Assembly (NCBI GenBank): GCA_951406725.2
Contig: OX597838.1
Span: forward strand, 26,598,001-26,662,000
Length of the DNA stretch: 64,000 bases
Direction: 5' to 3'
Origin: Octopus vulgaris
Taxonomy: Eukaryota
Shown: piece by piece, positions 38,489-51,422 of the stretch
How positions within the stretch are numbered: the first letter of the stretch is position 1
Layout of the letters: every line of letters starts with the position of its first letter
Made by a program: the position numbers and the translations under genes
Notes under the pieces: model-generated
Database searches by the model: none
Told to the model about the DNA's origin: nothing
Seen by the model: only the letters and a program-made list of their open reading frames with translations

Positions 38489-39385
38489 ATGCGAATACAT
38501 AAGAAAGCTATCTTAATTTTCTTTCTGTTGGCATTGTTTGGGTTTATAATCTATAGGATGTCACGTCCTTTCGATCCGACAAACCTACATCAATACAAAC
38601 CTAGGTGGGGAGAGGATGAAAGACTGAACATCGTATTTTTATTTGCTATTAAATCTTATCCAGAAAATTATGAATTGAGGAAAGCCGTACGAGAAACATG
38701 GGGCACATATATAAACCCTAGCTCAAAGAGTAAGATATTATTTTACATGGGGCTATCTTCACGCCCTGAAGTTAACATCAAAGTTGCTGAAGAGTCCAAC
38801 CATTATGAAGATATTTTCCAGGCACAATTTATTGACTCTTTTGAACGTCAGAGCCTATGTACTTTAACTGCTTTTAAGCATATCCTAGTAACATATGCTC
38901 AAATTAGATTTTTATTTAAGATTGAAGATTCCACATTCATTAACATTCCACACCTGATACGTGTTCTGAAAAGCAATGAGTATTTACTACGTAACTTTAT
39001 CATGGGCCGAATCATAAACAATACACAACCTCAGCGAGACAAGAAGTCACCGTGGTACGTCTCAAAGGACGTATATTCACCGGATTTCTACCCAAATTAC
39101 GCGCAGGGATTCGCTTATTTATTTAGTGGGAACCTAATACAGCATTTCATTCAAGAATCATTCAAAGTCCCTCTCCTTGGGATTGAGGACATTTTTGTAA
39201 CTGGAATCTTAGCTCGGAATCTCAATGTGAATTACATACACAGCACGAAGTTTGGTATGCCAAAGGACAGTTGTGAAAACAGCCTGTATATAGCTATACC
39301 ACACTTGTACACAGTCGAGGATATGAAAAGAGTTTACATGTCCGTCGAAGTCCCAAATGAAAAGTGTGCTGAAATCAAAAGATGA
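38489..39385 (+). CDS. GT31 beta-1,3-galactosyltransferase-like type II Golgi membrane protein, copy 1 (298 aa)
   Basis: Basic N-tail plus transmembrane segment, then RKAVRETWG, ILFYMG, EES..YEDI, FIDSF, P.RD..SPWY, YPNY.G.AY and IEDIFVTG, which are the GT31/Galactosyl_T motifs. Intact ORF in one coding exon. Confidence 0.92.
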   Translation: MRIHKKAILIFFLLALFGFIIYRMSRPFDPTNLHQYKPRWGEDERLNIVFLFAIKSYPENYELRKAVRETWGTYINPSSKSKILFYMGLSSRPEVNIKVAEESNHYEDIFQAQFIDSFERQSLCTLTAFKHILVTYAQIRFLFKIEDSTFINIPHLIRVLKSNEYLLRNFIMGRIINNTQPQRDKKSPWYVSKDVYSPDFYPNYAQGFAYLFSGNLIQHFIQESFKVPLLGIEDIFVTGILARNLNVNYIHSTKFGMPKDSCENSLYIAIPHLYTVEDMKRVYMSVEVPNEKCAEIKR

Positions 39386-40397
39386 TGGTAGAGAAAAATA
39401 AAATAAAGAGAAAAAAAAAAAAATCAACATTTAAAATGTAGCGTTTTATCTGTCTGTCTATGTTTCAATATCTCGATTGATTTGAGAAGAAAATAGGAAA
39501 TGATTCGCGAAAACTGCTAAATGGGAGATTACTCTTTACCTTGCAACTATAACGGGCAGTTGGAGTTACGTCCCTTTATACATATCAAGTCAGAGCTTTC
39601 ATCTCTTAGCTTCTCCCTCTCTTTCTTTTTCTTTCTTTCTTTCATTATCTCATCATTACTATTTGCCGATGCAGACCGTCGCTTTTTTTTTTTTTTTGTC
39701 GGATTCTGCTGTGTTACATTTTAACGAATACTAGTTTGGTCTTCCACATCACATCTTACAGAAATCAATATTTCAAATATTTCCAGATCTTTTGTGAGAA
39801 ACAAAATAATCATTTTTTTTTTTTTTTTTGCGTTCATGTACGTAAGGTCGTATTATTCGATCAACAAAACCGGTTCAATTGAAATGATATCTTTTTTAGT
39901 TACGCATAAGCTACATGAAACCATTACCGACAGCATCACCATAGCAACACGTTGGCAAACACTGTGCTTAGGGTGCGAGCTAGCAAAACTGTTAGCGCGT
40001 CGAACAAAAAGCCAAGCGGCGGTTCCCTACGGTTGTTTACCTTCTGAGTTCGAATGCTAACTGGAACTTTATTGCTAGTGCTAACAAAGACATGGGATAG
40101 GACAGAAAATGGGAGCTTTGCGTCACGGAAAAGCTACATATGATCCAATCAAAAGGTAATATTTGAAACATTAGGGACAAAACATTTTCTCTCTGCATGC
40201 GTAAGCAATGATTTACACTCTGAAATTTCAAAGAGGACCTCCCTCCATCCACCTACTTTGCTACCCTTCCAACCTGAAAATTAACTTATATGCATCATAT
40301 GAACTTCGTGTACAATCCACACATGCCCCTCATGCTGGGCTCCCTCAGCACACAAACATACGAGCATCACATCTAATAATAATGAAATTATTGTATA

Positions 40398-40727
40398 GGT
40401 GCAGGAGTGGCTGTGTGGTACGTAGCTTGCTTACCAACCACATGGTTCCAGGTTCAATCCCACTGCCTTGTGAGTGGATTTGGTAGACGGAAACTGAAAG
40501 AAGCCTGTCGTATATATGTATGTTCTGTGTCTGTGTTTGTCCCCCTAGCATTGCTTGACAACCGATGCTGGTGTGTTTACGTCCCCGTCACTTAGCGGTT
40601 TGGCAAAAGAGACCGATAGAATAAGTACTGGGCTTACAAAGGAATAAGTCCCGGGGTCAAGTTGCTCGACTAAAGGCGGTGCTCCAGCATGGCCGCAATC
40701 AAATGACTGAAACAAGTGAAAGAGTAA
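40398..40727 (+). mobile_element. Family A SINE inserted into a LINE 3'-UTR remnant
   Basis: Flanks taatgaaattattgtata / gtgctccggtgcaccacaac rejoin to match 53970-54010. Confidence 0.8.
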
Positions 40728-41116
40728 GTGAGTGCTCCGGTGCACCACAACCTGTCAAAAGTGTGTATAAAGCATATGCAATAATGTACAAATGTCTGGA
40801 AAGTGAAGAGTGTACGAGTCAGATACATGCTTGCGTGTGTATGGAGGGGAGAAAATCAGGTGTAGTGTAGGCGAATATATTACAAGATATGCGACATACA
40901 CAAACTTGTCTTTCAACAACTGCATAATTTTTCATTCTCATAAACCAAACTTAATGTCGAAATATGTTTTTTAAAAAAAAAAGTATGTGTAAGATGATGA
41001 AATTTCACAATCATGTTTATGCATCCTAATACGACCAAGATATATAATGCAAATATACAGGTACAGGTGTGTATACATGCATACTTTGTTTGAATGCGTG
41101 TGTGTGTATGTGTGTG

Positions 41117-41211
<95 letters not shown>

Positions 41212-41213
<2 letters not shown>

Positions 41214-41337
41214 CAACAATCAAGGAACGGCCATAATAGGCCATTCACCCACTAGAAATAACAGCCAAAAGCTTAAGCTTTTGGCTGTTATTTCTAGTGG
41301 GTGAATGGCCTATTATGGCCGTTCCTTGATTGTTGAT
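41212..41337. repeat. Perfect 126-bp palindrome (63-bp arms, no spacer)
   Basis: atcaacaatcaagg...aaaagctt|aagctttt...ccttgattgttgat, checked base by base. Confidence 0.95.
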
Positions 41338-41434
41338 GTTGAACTTAAAAATAGTTTATGACTATTTAATTTTTTCCCACTAGGCCGCTGGTGGCAAAAG
41401 AATTCTACAAAATTTTTTTTGCCACCCTATATTG

Positions 41435-41438
41435 ATTA

Positions 41439-41474
<36 letters not shown>

Positions 41475-41475
41475 G

Positions 41476-41559
<84 letters not shown>

Positions 41560-41578
41560 GTATATATATATGTATATA

Positions 41579-41619
<41 letters not shown>

Positions 41620-41639
41620 ATATATGTATATATATATAT

Positions 41640-41672
<33 letters not shown>

Positions 41673-41734
41673 TATATATATGTATGTATATATGTATGTA
41701 TATATGTATGTATATATGTATGTATATATGTATG

Positions 41735-41768
<34 letters not shown>

Positions 41769-41774
41769 TGTATG

Positions 41775-41805
<31 letters not shown>

Positions 41806-41950
41806 ATATGTATGTATGTATATATGTATGTATATATGTATGTATGTATATATGTATGTATGTATATATGTATGTATATATGTATGTATGTATATATGTA
41901 TGTATGTATATATGTATGTATATATATATGTATGTATATATATATGTATG

Positions 41951-41985
<35 letters not shown>

Positions 41986-42000
41986 ATATATATATATAAA
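41435..42000. repeat. (TA/TATG)n array
   Basis: Seen directly. Confidence 0.95.
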
Positions 42001-42477
42001 CATAGAGAATAAAATCCTTAAAATTAATTGATTTTATCAATGGCCAGCATATAAAAACCTTTTAGGTAAAATACCTTTATAGAGATATATAACTGTATTG
42101 GGCAGAACTATATTTAAGGGTAGAAAAGCTATTATGCCTTTAGGCTGAAAGAGTGTGTCGAATATGTTCTGCCACTTCAAATATTCACTCCACAATTAAA
42201 TACACAGGTTGTAAGCGGGAAAGCAGTCTGTCTAAAAATTCATAAAACTGAATTGCTTTATGAATTTTTAGACTCTGCCTTCCCACTTACAACCTGTGTA
42301 TTTAATCATGGAGTGAATATTTGCAGTGATAGGATGTATTCAACGCATTCCTTCAGCATAAAGGCATAACTTTTGTACCCTTAAGTATAATTGTACCCAA
42401 TACAGTTATCTCTCTCTCTGTATATGAGAGAGAAAGGCACATGTATATGTGTGTATATATATATATCTATCTATCTA

Positions 42478-42510
<33 letters not shown>

Positions 42511-42777
42511 TCATCATCATCATTGTCGTCATTTAACATCTGCTTTCCATGCTAGCATGGGTTGAACGGTTTAACTGTTATCTGGCGAACCAGATGGCTA
42601 CACCAGGCTCCAGTCTTGATCTGGCAGAGTTTCTACACCTGGATGCCCTTTCTAACGCCAACCACTCCGAGAGTGTAGTGGGTGCTTTTACATGTCACCA
42701 GCACGGGGGCCAGTCAGGTGGTACTGGTAACGACCTCGCTTGAATTTTTTGTTTTTATATATATATATATATATATA

Positions 42778-43170
42778 CAGGGATTGGACAAAATATAGGA
42801 AACACATTAAAATTTCAAACAAATTAATTTTAATATGAGGTAGGACTGCCTTTGGCAGTAATTACAGCTTAAATTCTACAAGGTATGGACTCGTACAAAG
42901 TTTGAATTGTCTCCAAAGGAATTTTTGTCCGTTCTTCAGCTAAAACAGTCTCTGGTTCTTGTAAAGATGATGGTGGAGGATATCAACTCCTTACTTGTTT
43001 TTCTAAAATGTGCCATAAATGTTCAATGATATTGAGATCTGGGGACTGTGGTGGCCAGATAAGATATTCAGCTTCACTAGAATGTTCCTTGTGCCTTTCA
43101 GTAACAACTTTAGCTGTGTGAATTGGTGCATTATCATCCTGAAAGATTGCATTTCGGTTTTCATGGTAAT
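42778..43170 (-). mobile_element. Tc1-like transposase 3' fragment with TIR
   Basis: FQDDNAPIHTAK...WPPQSPDLNIIEHLW; TA|cagggattggacaaaata end. Confidence 0.85.
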
Positions 43171-43521
43171 TGTTTGCGACTGCCATTCACAGCATTGAAC
43201 ACAGCTGCATTTTGGTGTCGCATTTCAGGATAAGTCAGAAGGTTACCTGCAATTTGGGTCTCAGCCATAAACCAGCATGTCTTGGAATATTTACACTTGC
43301 ATTCCCGAAATAAATTTCCAGAACTTACCATATAAAAATGACATTTGGAAAAATCACATTTCTTTTGTGGTTCAGTGTATACACACATGTTTAAAAGTAA
43401 AACACAAAAAACAGAAACAGGGAGTGAACAGTGAATAAGTGGGATTAGTTTGGGGCTCAGATAAAATGGAGAAAAAATACATGTCTGGATTAATGGTTGC
43501 ATACACACACAGAGATTTATA

Positions 43522-43553
<32 letters not shown>

Positions 43554-43574
43554 CATATACATACATACGTAGAT

Positions 43575-44132
43575 ACGTTTAGCCGCTCTCCAGCCATCTA
43601 TTTAAAACTGTATACAGCTATGGTACGACCACACTTGGAATTCGCATCATCAGTTTGGAATCCCTATCTTGCTCAGAACATTGACCTCCTGGAATCTGTC
43701 CAGAGACGTGCAACCAAACGCATACCCTCCATCAGACACCTACCATATTCTGAGCGCCTTGTTTCCCTGGGCATGGATTCACTGAAGCTCCGGCGTCTAG
43801 CGACGGACTTGGTAAACACCCACAAGGTTATCAACCACCTCACCAACAACAACACTGAACACCTTTTTGATCTCCATGTGTCTAACACACGTGGACATGC
43901 CTACAAAGTCAGAAAACAGCACAGCTCCCATGACTTTCGGAAACATTTTTTCACGCTCAGGGTTGCTGAAGCGTGGAATAAACTGCCCGCATCAGTTGTT
44001 GACTGCCATGACACTGCATCCTTTAAGGCCCTCATGCTTTCTGAAATCCGTCGAAACTACACCTGATTATATATACACTTTGGATGAGTTGTAGTGCACC
44101 TGAGCACTGTACACAATTATTATTATTATTAT
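43575..44132 (+). mobile_element. 5'-truncated CR1-group LINE, copy 1
   Basis: LYTAMVRPHLEFASSVWNP...LESVQRRATK...TRGH...FFTLRVAEAWNKLP, with an (ATT)n tail. Confidence 0.92.
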
Positions 44133-44148
44133 GCAAACATTTTATATT

Positions 44149-45260
44149 CTAGCAGAAAAACCACCCTCTAGGCGGTTTTCTGCTGGCCACTTAAAAATAT
44201 TTTCACATTTGATTACCAATTTTAATAATTTTTGATATTTTACATCTAATTATTTCTTTGTATAATAGTGCTCACTTGCTTTCGTTATTTTATCACAGTC
44301 ATAATGTCTCTTTTTTAAACAAACATCAAAGTAGTCCAACTACAGAGGATGAAGCAGTTTATCAAGTTTTACCTTCCCCTCAAAGCAATATTGAGATTTC
44401 AGTTCAGCAGCTGTATATACCCTTGACTTTGTTGCTTCATAACATCCAGATAAATGGATACTTTTTAACAAAATTTTCTACAAATACCGCTTAGATATTG
44501 TTGTTTTTCAGAATATATAGGGATTTGTAGGAAAGAATTTTTGTGAGGGGATGGAGAGAGGAATTTTGGAAAACTCACATGATCCAACTTTTTTACCTTC
44601 TAACTTTCAGGAAAGTTTATACAAATACCTTTTAATTGGTATAGATTATGATTATAAAGAAATTTGTTGGGAAGATTTTTTCCAAGGAGGCGGGGAGAGG
44701 AGTTTCAGTAAAATGGAGTTTCAGATCAAGAAGACAAAATAAGTTAGAACTACTCTGTCTTGACAGGGATTTCCCCCTTTTCTTTTAAACCACTGCCTTC
44801 AAAATGATAGGTGGTGGTGGGGGAAGGGGCATCTTTGTATGAAATAGTTTTGAAAATTTTTTTTTACAACTCCCTCCCTCTTCATCTCATTCCGGAGCTA
44901 TTTTGGCCAATTTTTTTTTTTTGCATTTCAAAACCATGGGAGGAGCCTTTGTGCCAAAAAAAATTTTTTATCATTTTTAATATTTTCAGAGGGGAAAAGT
45001 GAGTGATTTAAGGGAGGTTTGAATACTATTTCTGGCACATCCCAAGACATCCCTCCTCATTTTTTAATCGCTCTCGCATGTATCGATGTTTTACAATATT
45101 TTTCTTCCCATAAATACATTTATATGCTATAAAAAATAAAATTTGAAAAATTACGATATTTTTGCAACCTCAGTCCCTGGCTGCAATTGTTTCTGTTTAT
45201 AATTTAAAATATTGGAGAGCCTGAGAATATCATTGCTGGCATTTATCCACAGTAATTTAA
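44149..45260 (-). mobile_element. Helitron-like family H2 copy
   Basis: Reverse-complement similarity to 6570-7701, including the terminal hairpin and CTAG. Confidence 0.55.
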
Positions 45261-45621
45261 ATAAAGAGTTATGTAAACGATAATTCATTTCAATAGCATA
45301 CTTTTCTGTTAGAAAATGTTTTTCTTACACAAACACGGCTTCACTTGATTGAGGTGAGGGTAAAAATTTAGATTACAATTTTTTTTTGTTGCTTATATTT
45401 CACCAATGGACCACGCGTGTATTACTTCAGTACCATCATTCCATAAAGTGTGTTTAACCGGAGAAAAATATTGAAAAAAACGCCAATACACATGAGAGTG
45501 AAAATGGAGGGTGGTTTGAGCTGTGTTAGAAACAACAGCCAAACGTCCCTTGAATTGTTCACCTTTTCCTCTGAAAATATTTACAACATTTAAACAAGTT
45601 AAAACAAAATGGCCAAATTCA

Positions 45622-46108
45622 GTCTGGATAGTTATTATTGTAAGACTTATGGGCATTCCAAACAGCTATAACAACAAAATTATTTAATTTTTTTTTTTCT
45701 TTTACAAAAATTATACCAGTATATTAAAAGATTATCATTCAATAAATTATGTTTTTACATTACATATATAAACTGTGTGTTTTGCAAATAGCGAATTAAA
45801 ACTTGAAATGGAAACTTTGAAATAGAGAGTGAGAGTTATTGCAAATGAAAATGGAATACTCCACAATCCGTCTGGATAGTTATTATTGTAATGTTTATAT
45901 CATTCCAAACAGCCATAACAAAAAAATCACTTCTTAATTTTTTTTACAGAAATTATACTGGTACATTAAGAAATTTTCATTCAATAAATCATTTTTACAT
46001 TACGTATATAGAACAAACTGCGGGTTTATTCTATATAAAACTTGAAATGAGAACATTGAAATCGAGAGCGAGAGTCTTTGCAAATGAAAACCTAATACTC
46101 TACAGTAA
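45622..46108. repeat. Diverged tandem duplication, 2 x ~248 bp
   Basis: gtctggatagttattattgtaa...aaaacttgaaatg...gagagt...gcaaatgaaaa occurs twice. Confidence 0.85.
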
Positions 46109-46989
46109 ATGCAATGAATATTTAAATTTGCAACAAATTGGAGTTCAAAAATTCAATAAACTTCAGTGGGAAATTTCTTGGAACATGAAGTTATGAAAAA
46201 CTTTCCAGACGGTCAAGCCTTTAATAATTGCTTTCTTTTAGTAACTGTTACATACCTAATTAATATGCAGCTTTCTCCATTATAATATAGGTATGCTTGT
46301 ATATATACACACACACACACATACATATATATATATCCCTCTCTCTCTTTCGGAGAGGCACTGAGCAGCTATACGCACATATACACACATGGCAGTAACT
46401 TCCACCTACCGAATTCAATCACAAAGCTCCGGTCAGCTTGGGGCTATAGTGGAAGACACCTACCTAAAGTGCCACGCAGTGGGACTGAACCTGAAACCAT
46501 GTAGCTAGGAAGCAAGCTCCCTAACCACACAGCCATGCCCGATATATATATATATATATATATATAAATACAAAAATAGGACAAGAAAGCACAACATCCA
46601 AACAGTTATGTGAAACAAAGAAGGGACAACAAAATATCCAGACAAATGATACAAGGAAAAGAAGGACGGATCGTTCAGAGTTTTCTATCCTCAGTCGAGT
46701 TCCAGATTATCTTTGCAATTTCGGTTGGTTATACTCGAGATTGGTCCAATCTGGCCAGCCCCAAGGTAAAAATAAGCTAAGAGCATTACATTCCTTGGCA
46801 TGCTGGTGGCAGGTGAAAAGCACCCACTACACTCTTGGAGTGGTTGACGTTAGGAAGGGCATCGAGCTGTAGAAACCTTGTCAGATCAGATTAGAGCCTG
46901 GTGCATCCTCCTGGCTTGCTAGTCCTCAGTTGAACCGTGGCAACCCATGCCAGCATGGAAAGCGGATGTTAAACAATGATGATATATAA

Positions 46990-48119
46990 CATCTGACTAT
47001 TTAAAGAGGCCATCGAAAAGTAACTAGTAGCAAATTCTCTTGAAAATGGATAGCATTTGGCTTCGTGATGTTATCAAAGTCCCTGCAGGAAAGGGTCTTA
47101 GTCCTCAAGAGCATTCAATGCTGACGTGGTTGCTACATTAGGGGATGACACACCATCTTTATCAAGAGTGTGGACAGCTGAATTTAGGAGGGGAAGGGAA
47201 AGTCATGAAGATGGACCAAGGTCTGGATGTCCTGCAGCTGCCACCACCGAGGAAAACATTGATCATGTTCACCACATGCTGATAGATGACAGGTGATTGA
47301 CCATAAATCAAATAGCCATTGGTACCAGCATATGCTGTGAGAGCATTGAGAATATTCTACAGAATGAACTTGGCATGATGAAGGTTTCTGCTTGGTGGTT
47401 GCCATGTCTTCTGACACCAGATCAAAAGTGCACAAGGCTGATCACATCACAAGAAAATCTGACCTTGTTTGAGGCAGATTCAGCAGGTTTCCTTGAAAGT
47501 TTCTTATGCCAGGATGAGTGTTGGCTTCATCACTTTGAGACAGAGACAAAGAGACAATCCATGCAGTGTAATCACCCTTCCTCACCTGCTCCAAAGGTGG
47601 CCAAGATTGTTTCACCTGCAGGGAAGGTGATAGCCTCAGTGTTTTGGGATTCAAAAGACATTGTGTTTTTTGACTCTCTTGAAAAGGGCCACACCATCAG
47701 TAGAGAGTATTATGCCAACACGCTGAGACAGTTACAAAAGGCTATCAAGGACCAAACGTCCAGGAAAACTGACAAAAGAGGTCTTGTTTCATGAGGGCAA
47801 TGCACCAGTCCTTAGTTTCAATTGCTGCTGTGCATGACTGTGGCTTTAAACTCGTTGATCAGCCTCCCTATTCTCCTGATTTGGTCTCATCTGACCATCA
47901 TCTGTTCTCCAGCATGAAAGAAACGCTTCGCTGAGAACCAGTATCACAGTGGTGATGACATAATATCTGCTGTTAAGGAGTTTTTTGAGCAACAGCATGC
48001 AAACTTCTTCACCAATGGAAGAAGTGAGTGGACCGCAGGGGATGCGGGGGGCTATGTTGAAAAGTAAACTGCATTTGATTACAATCCACAAGAACCTATG
48101 AACTTTTCAGCTAGCCCTC

Positions 48120-48120
<1 letters not shown>
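46990..48120 (+). mobile_element. Degenerate mariner transposon
   Basis: ELGMMKVSAWWLP.LLT.DQK, QDECWLHHFE.ETKRQS, GKVIASVFWD and PYSPDL remnants. Right TIR aacttttcagctagccctcg. Confidence 0.9.
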
Positions 48121-48150
<30 letters not shown>

Positions 48151-48848
48151 TGTGTGTCCTGCATATGATTTTAAACTGCATCTGGTTGTGGGGCTCTGGT
48201 ACAGGAATCCCAAGGTTTTTGAAGGTGTGTGGAATGACCTCTCAGCTGCTATTTTTTTTCCTGGATCAACCCAGACCCGGAGTTGTGGAACCTGTAATTT
48301 CTTTACTCGGCATCAATATTATTCACTTGTGGTAAGAACCAACATTGGCTTGAGGTTAATGGCTAGTTCTATATAAACCCATATGACCTAGTTCTATGTA
48401 ACAAGTGTCGCATTGACCAAATGCCTTCCTTTCTCTTTCTTTCTTCCACTTCGGCTGTAGATTTGTTTTTGGCTTTGAAGAAAACTTTGGGCTCTGAAAG
48501 AAGCTTTTTAGTTGATTAGTCAATATCACTGAGCTATGAATGCACCCAAACACATATCGGAAACAGGTGTAACCCTATATTAAATAAATATATACATATA
48601 ACCTATTATTTGTTTATTTTATGTTCCCCTCTGTAAAAGCTTAACATCATAACTACACACTGGAATTATGGATTTACAAATCTGACTCCTGTGATTTGGA
48701 TTACCAGAAGTGCGAGACTGTTCACAAGGTATTTTTGTTAGCCTGGTGTATTTTTATCTGCAGACAGCTTAAGAAATATTTTGCCTGGGTTACTAATTCT
48801 ACATATATGTATGAGTGTATAACTATATATGTATCAATATATATATAT

Positions 48849-48892
<44 letters not shown>

Positions 48893-48894
<2 letters not shown>

Positions 48895-49232
48895 AGGCAC
48901 ATGGCTCAGTGGTTAGGGTGTCAAGCTTACAATCGTGAGGTTGTGAACTCAAATCCTGGACCGGGCTGCATGTTGTGTTCTTGAGCAACACACTTTAATT
49001 CATGTTGCTCCAGTTCCCTCAGCTGTAGAAATGAGTTGCGACATCACAGGTGCCAAGCGCTGTATCGGCCCCTTTGCCTTTCCCTTGGATAACACTGGTG
49101 GCATGGAGAGGGGAGGCCAGTATGCATGGGCAACTGCTGGTCTTCCATAAACAACCTTGCCCGGACTTGTGCCTTGGAGGGTAACATTCTAGGTGCAATC
49201 CCATAGTCAGTGTCATGACCGAAGGGGGTCTC
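48893..49232 (+). mobile_element. tRNA-derived SINE (family E)
   Basis: A-box-like head ggcacatggctcagtggttaggg and gtgttcttgagcaacacactt. A related fragment lies at 9410-9480. Confidence 0.6.
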
Positions 49233-49861
49233 AGAATATAGGTAAGAATGTTTGCTTCCCAACCACATGGTTCTAGGTTCAGTTCAAATGTGTGGCACCT
49301 TTGGCACCTTTTACAACTCCTGGCCAGGATTTGGTAGACAGAGACTGAAATAAGATCATCATTTCCCTGTTACACTCCAGCCTTTCATCATTTGTTACCG
49401 GATCACCTCCTCCGATGCTTCCTTATGGCAAGACACCTGCTTCTGTCTTTCTATCTCTTTGTCACACTCCAACTTTTCATCTTCTGATACAAGTCCCCTC
49501 CTCAAATACTCCTGTCCCTCTCATAATTCCCTGTCTTGTGAGTTACTTGGTTACCCTGCCAGTGCTGGTGCCACATTAAAAGCATCCAGTCCACAGTCCA
49601 CTCTGTAAAGTGGTTGGCATTTGGAAGGGCATCCAACTGTAAAAATAATATCAAAACTAACCTCACCTGTGCTGGTGCCATGTAAAAAGAGCTGAATCCA
49701 TTCTGTGGAGTGGTTGGTGTTAGGAAGGGCATCCAGCCGTAAAATCCCTGCCAAAACAGACACAATAGCCTAGGGTAGTTTTTCTACCTGACTGGCTCCT
49801 GTCAACCGTCCTATACATGCATGAATGGAAGATGGTCATTAAACAATGATGATGATGATGA

Positions 49862-49909
<48 letters not shown>

Positions 49910-50475
49910 GCACACACACGTGCGTGTATGTATGTATGTATGTATGTGTGCATGTGTGTTTGTCTCCTTGTCTTGACATCAGATGGTTGTCGTAGATGAG
50001 TGTCCCTGTCATACAAGCAGTGCTGTTTATTTCTAATATTTTGCAAGACCATATCAGGCCATGGAGAAATATTATCTTAGAAACAGATGAAGAAGGTGAA
50101 GATGATAATAATAACGATGGTGATGTGGTTCTCTCCTGGAACAGAAATTTATTATTTGGCTCACTTGTCCTATCATTTAAGACAGTAAAGATTTATTTGA
50201 GGAAGATTTTGCTACTATTTCTAACAGTCAGAATGGACATGTAAAACCTCCTTAATTTGAAGGAGATTTCGATCATTTCCAACAGACACAACGAAAATGT
50301 TGAATATGTAGAGCATCCCTCATTGGCTTATGTGACCTTTCTCTTTTTCTAAGGCGCTTGCTTTTGGTATGAAGGAAATTTGACTATTATTTCTAGTGGA
50401 TCGAATCATCTTACAGATATTCCCTTTTGCTTTTCTATCTTGTTGTTTATGTCTTTGTTAAATTTTAAATATAAT

Positions 50476-50505
50476 GACCTAATTTTCATTTTCTTTCTAT
50501 TTCAG
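50476..50505 (+). promoter_or_regulatory. Branch point and 3' splice acceptor upstream of GT31 copy 2
   Basis: gacctaat...tctttctatttcAG|atcttgtaaatATG, the same context as copy 1. Confidence 0.75.
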
Positions 50506-50516
50506 ATCTTGTAAAT

Positions 50517-51422
50517 ATGCGAATACATAAGAAAGCTACCTTAGTTTTCATCCTGTTGGCATTGTGTGGGTTTATAGTCTACAAGATGTCATACTCTTTT
50601 GACCCAACAATCCTACATCAATACAAACCAATTTGGGCAGAGGATGAAAGGCTGAACGTCGTATTCTTATTTGCTGTTAAATCTTATCCAGAAAATTACG
50701 AATTGAGGAAAGCCATAAGGGAAACATGGGGCACATATATAAGCTCTGGTTCAAACAGTAAGATATTATTTTACATGGGGCAATCTTCACGCCCTGAAGT
50801 TAACACCAAAGTTGCTGAAGAGTCCAACCATTATGAAGATATTTTCCAGGGAGATTTTATAGACTCTTTTGAAAATCAGAGCCTGTGTACTTTAACTGCT
50901 TTTAAATATATGCTGAGAGTGTATGCTCAAATTAGATTTTTATTTAAGGTTGAAGATTCAACATTTATTAACATTCCACGCCTTATACGTGTTCTGAAAA
51001 ACAGAAGAGAACTGCTGCATAGCTTTATCATGGGTCACATCACAAATCGTACCAAACCAGAACGAAACGAGAAGTCACCATGGTACATATCAGAGAACGT
51101 ATATCCATCAAATTCCTACCCAGTTTACGCACAGGGAGCTGCTTATTTGCTAAGTGGGGACCTAATACAGCAGTTGGTTAAAGAATCATTCAGAGTCCCT
51201 CTCATTTGGATTGAAGACATTTTTATAACTGGAATTTTAGCGCAGAATCTCAATGTGAATTACATACACAGTAAAAAGTTTGGTTCGCCAGAGGATAGTT
51301 GTGAAAACGGCGAGTACATAGCCATATCACGCTTGCACACAGTCGAGGCTATGAAACGCGCTTACATGGCCATTGAAATCCCAAATGAAAGGTGTGCTTA
51401 TGGAATAAAACCCAAAAGATGA
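50517..51422 (+). CDS. GT31 beta-1,3-galactosyltransferase-like protein, copy 2 (301 aa)
   Basis: Same motif set (RKAIRETWG, DFIDSFEN, YPVY.G.AY, IEDIFITG). Colinear with copy 1 and roughly three-quarters identical by manual count. Confidence 0.92.
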   Translation: MRIHKKATLVFILLALCGFIVYKMSYSFDPTILHQYKPIWAEDERLNVVFLFAVKSYPENYELRKAIRETWGTYISSGSNSKILFYMGQSSRPEVNTKVAEESNHYEDIFQGDFIDSFENQSLCTLTAFKYMLRVYAQIRFLFKVEDSTFINIPRLIRVLKNRRELLHSFIMGHITNRTKPERNEKSPWYISENVYPSNSYPVYAQGAAYLLSGDLIQQLVKESFRVPLIWIEDIFITGILAQNLNVNYIHSKKFGSPEDSCENGEYIAISRLHTVEAMKRAYMAIEIPNERCAYGIKPKR

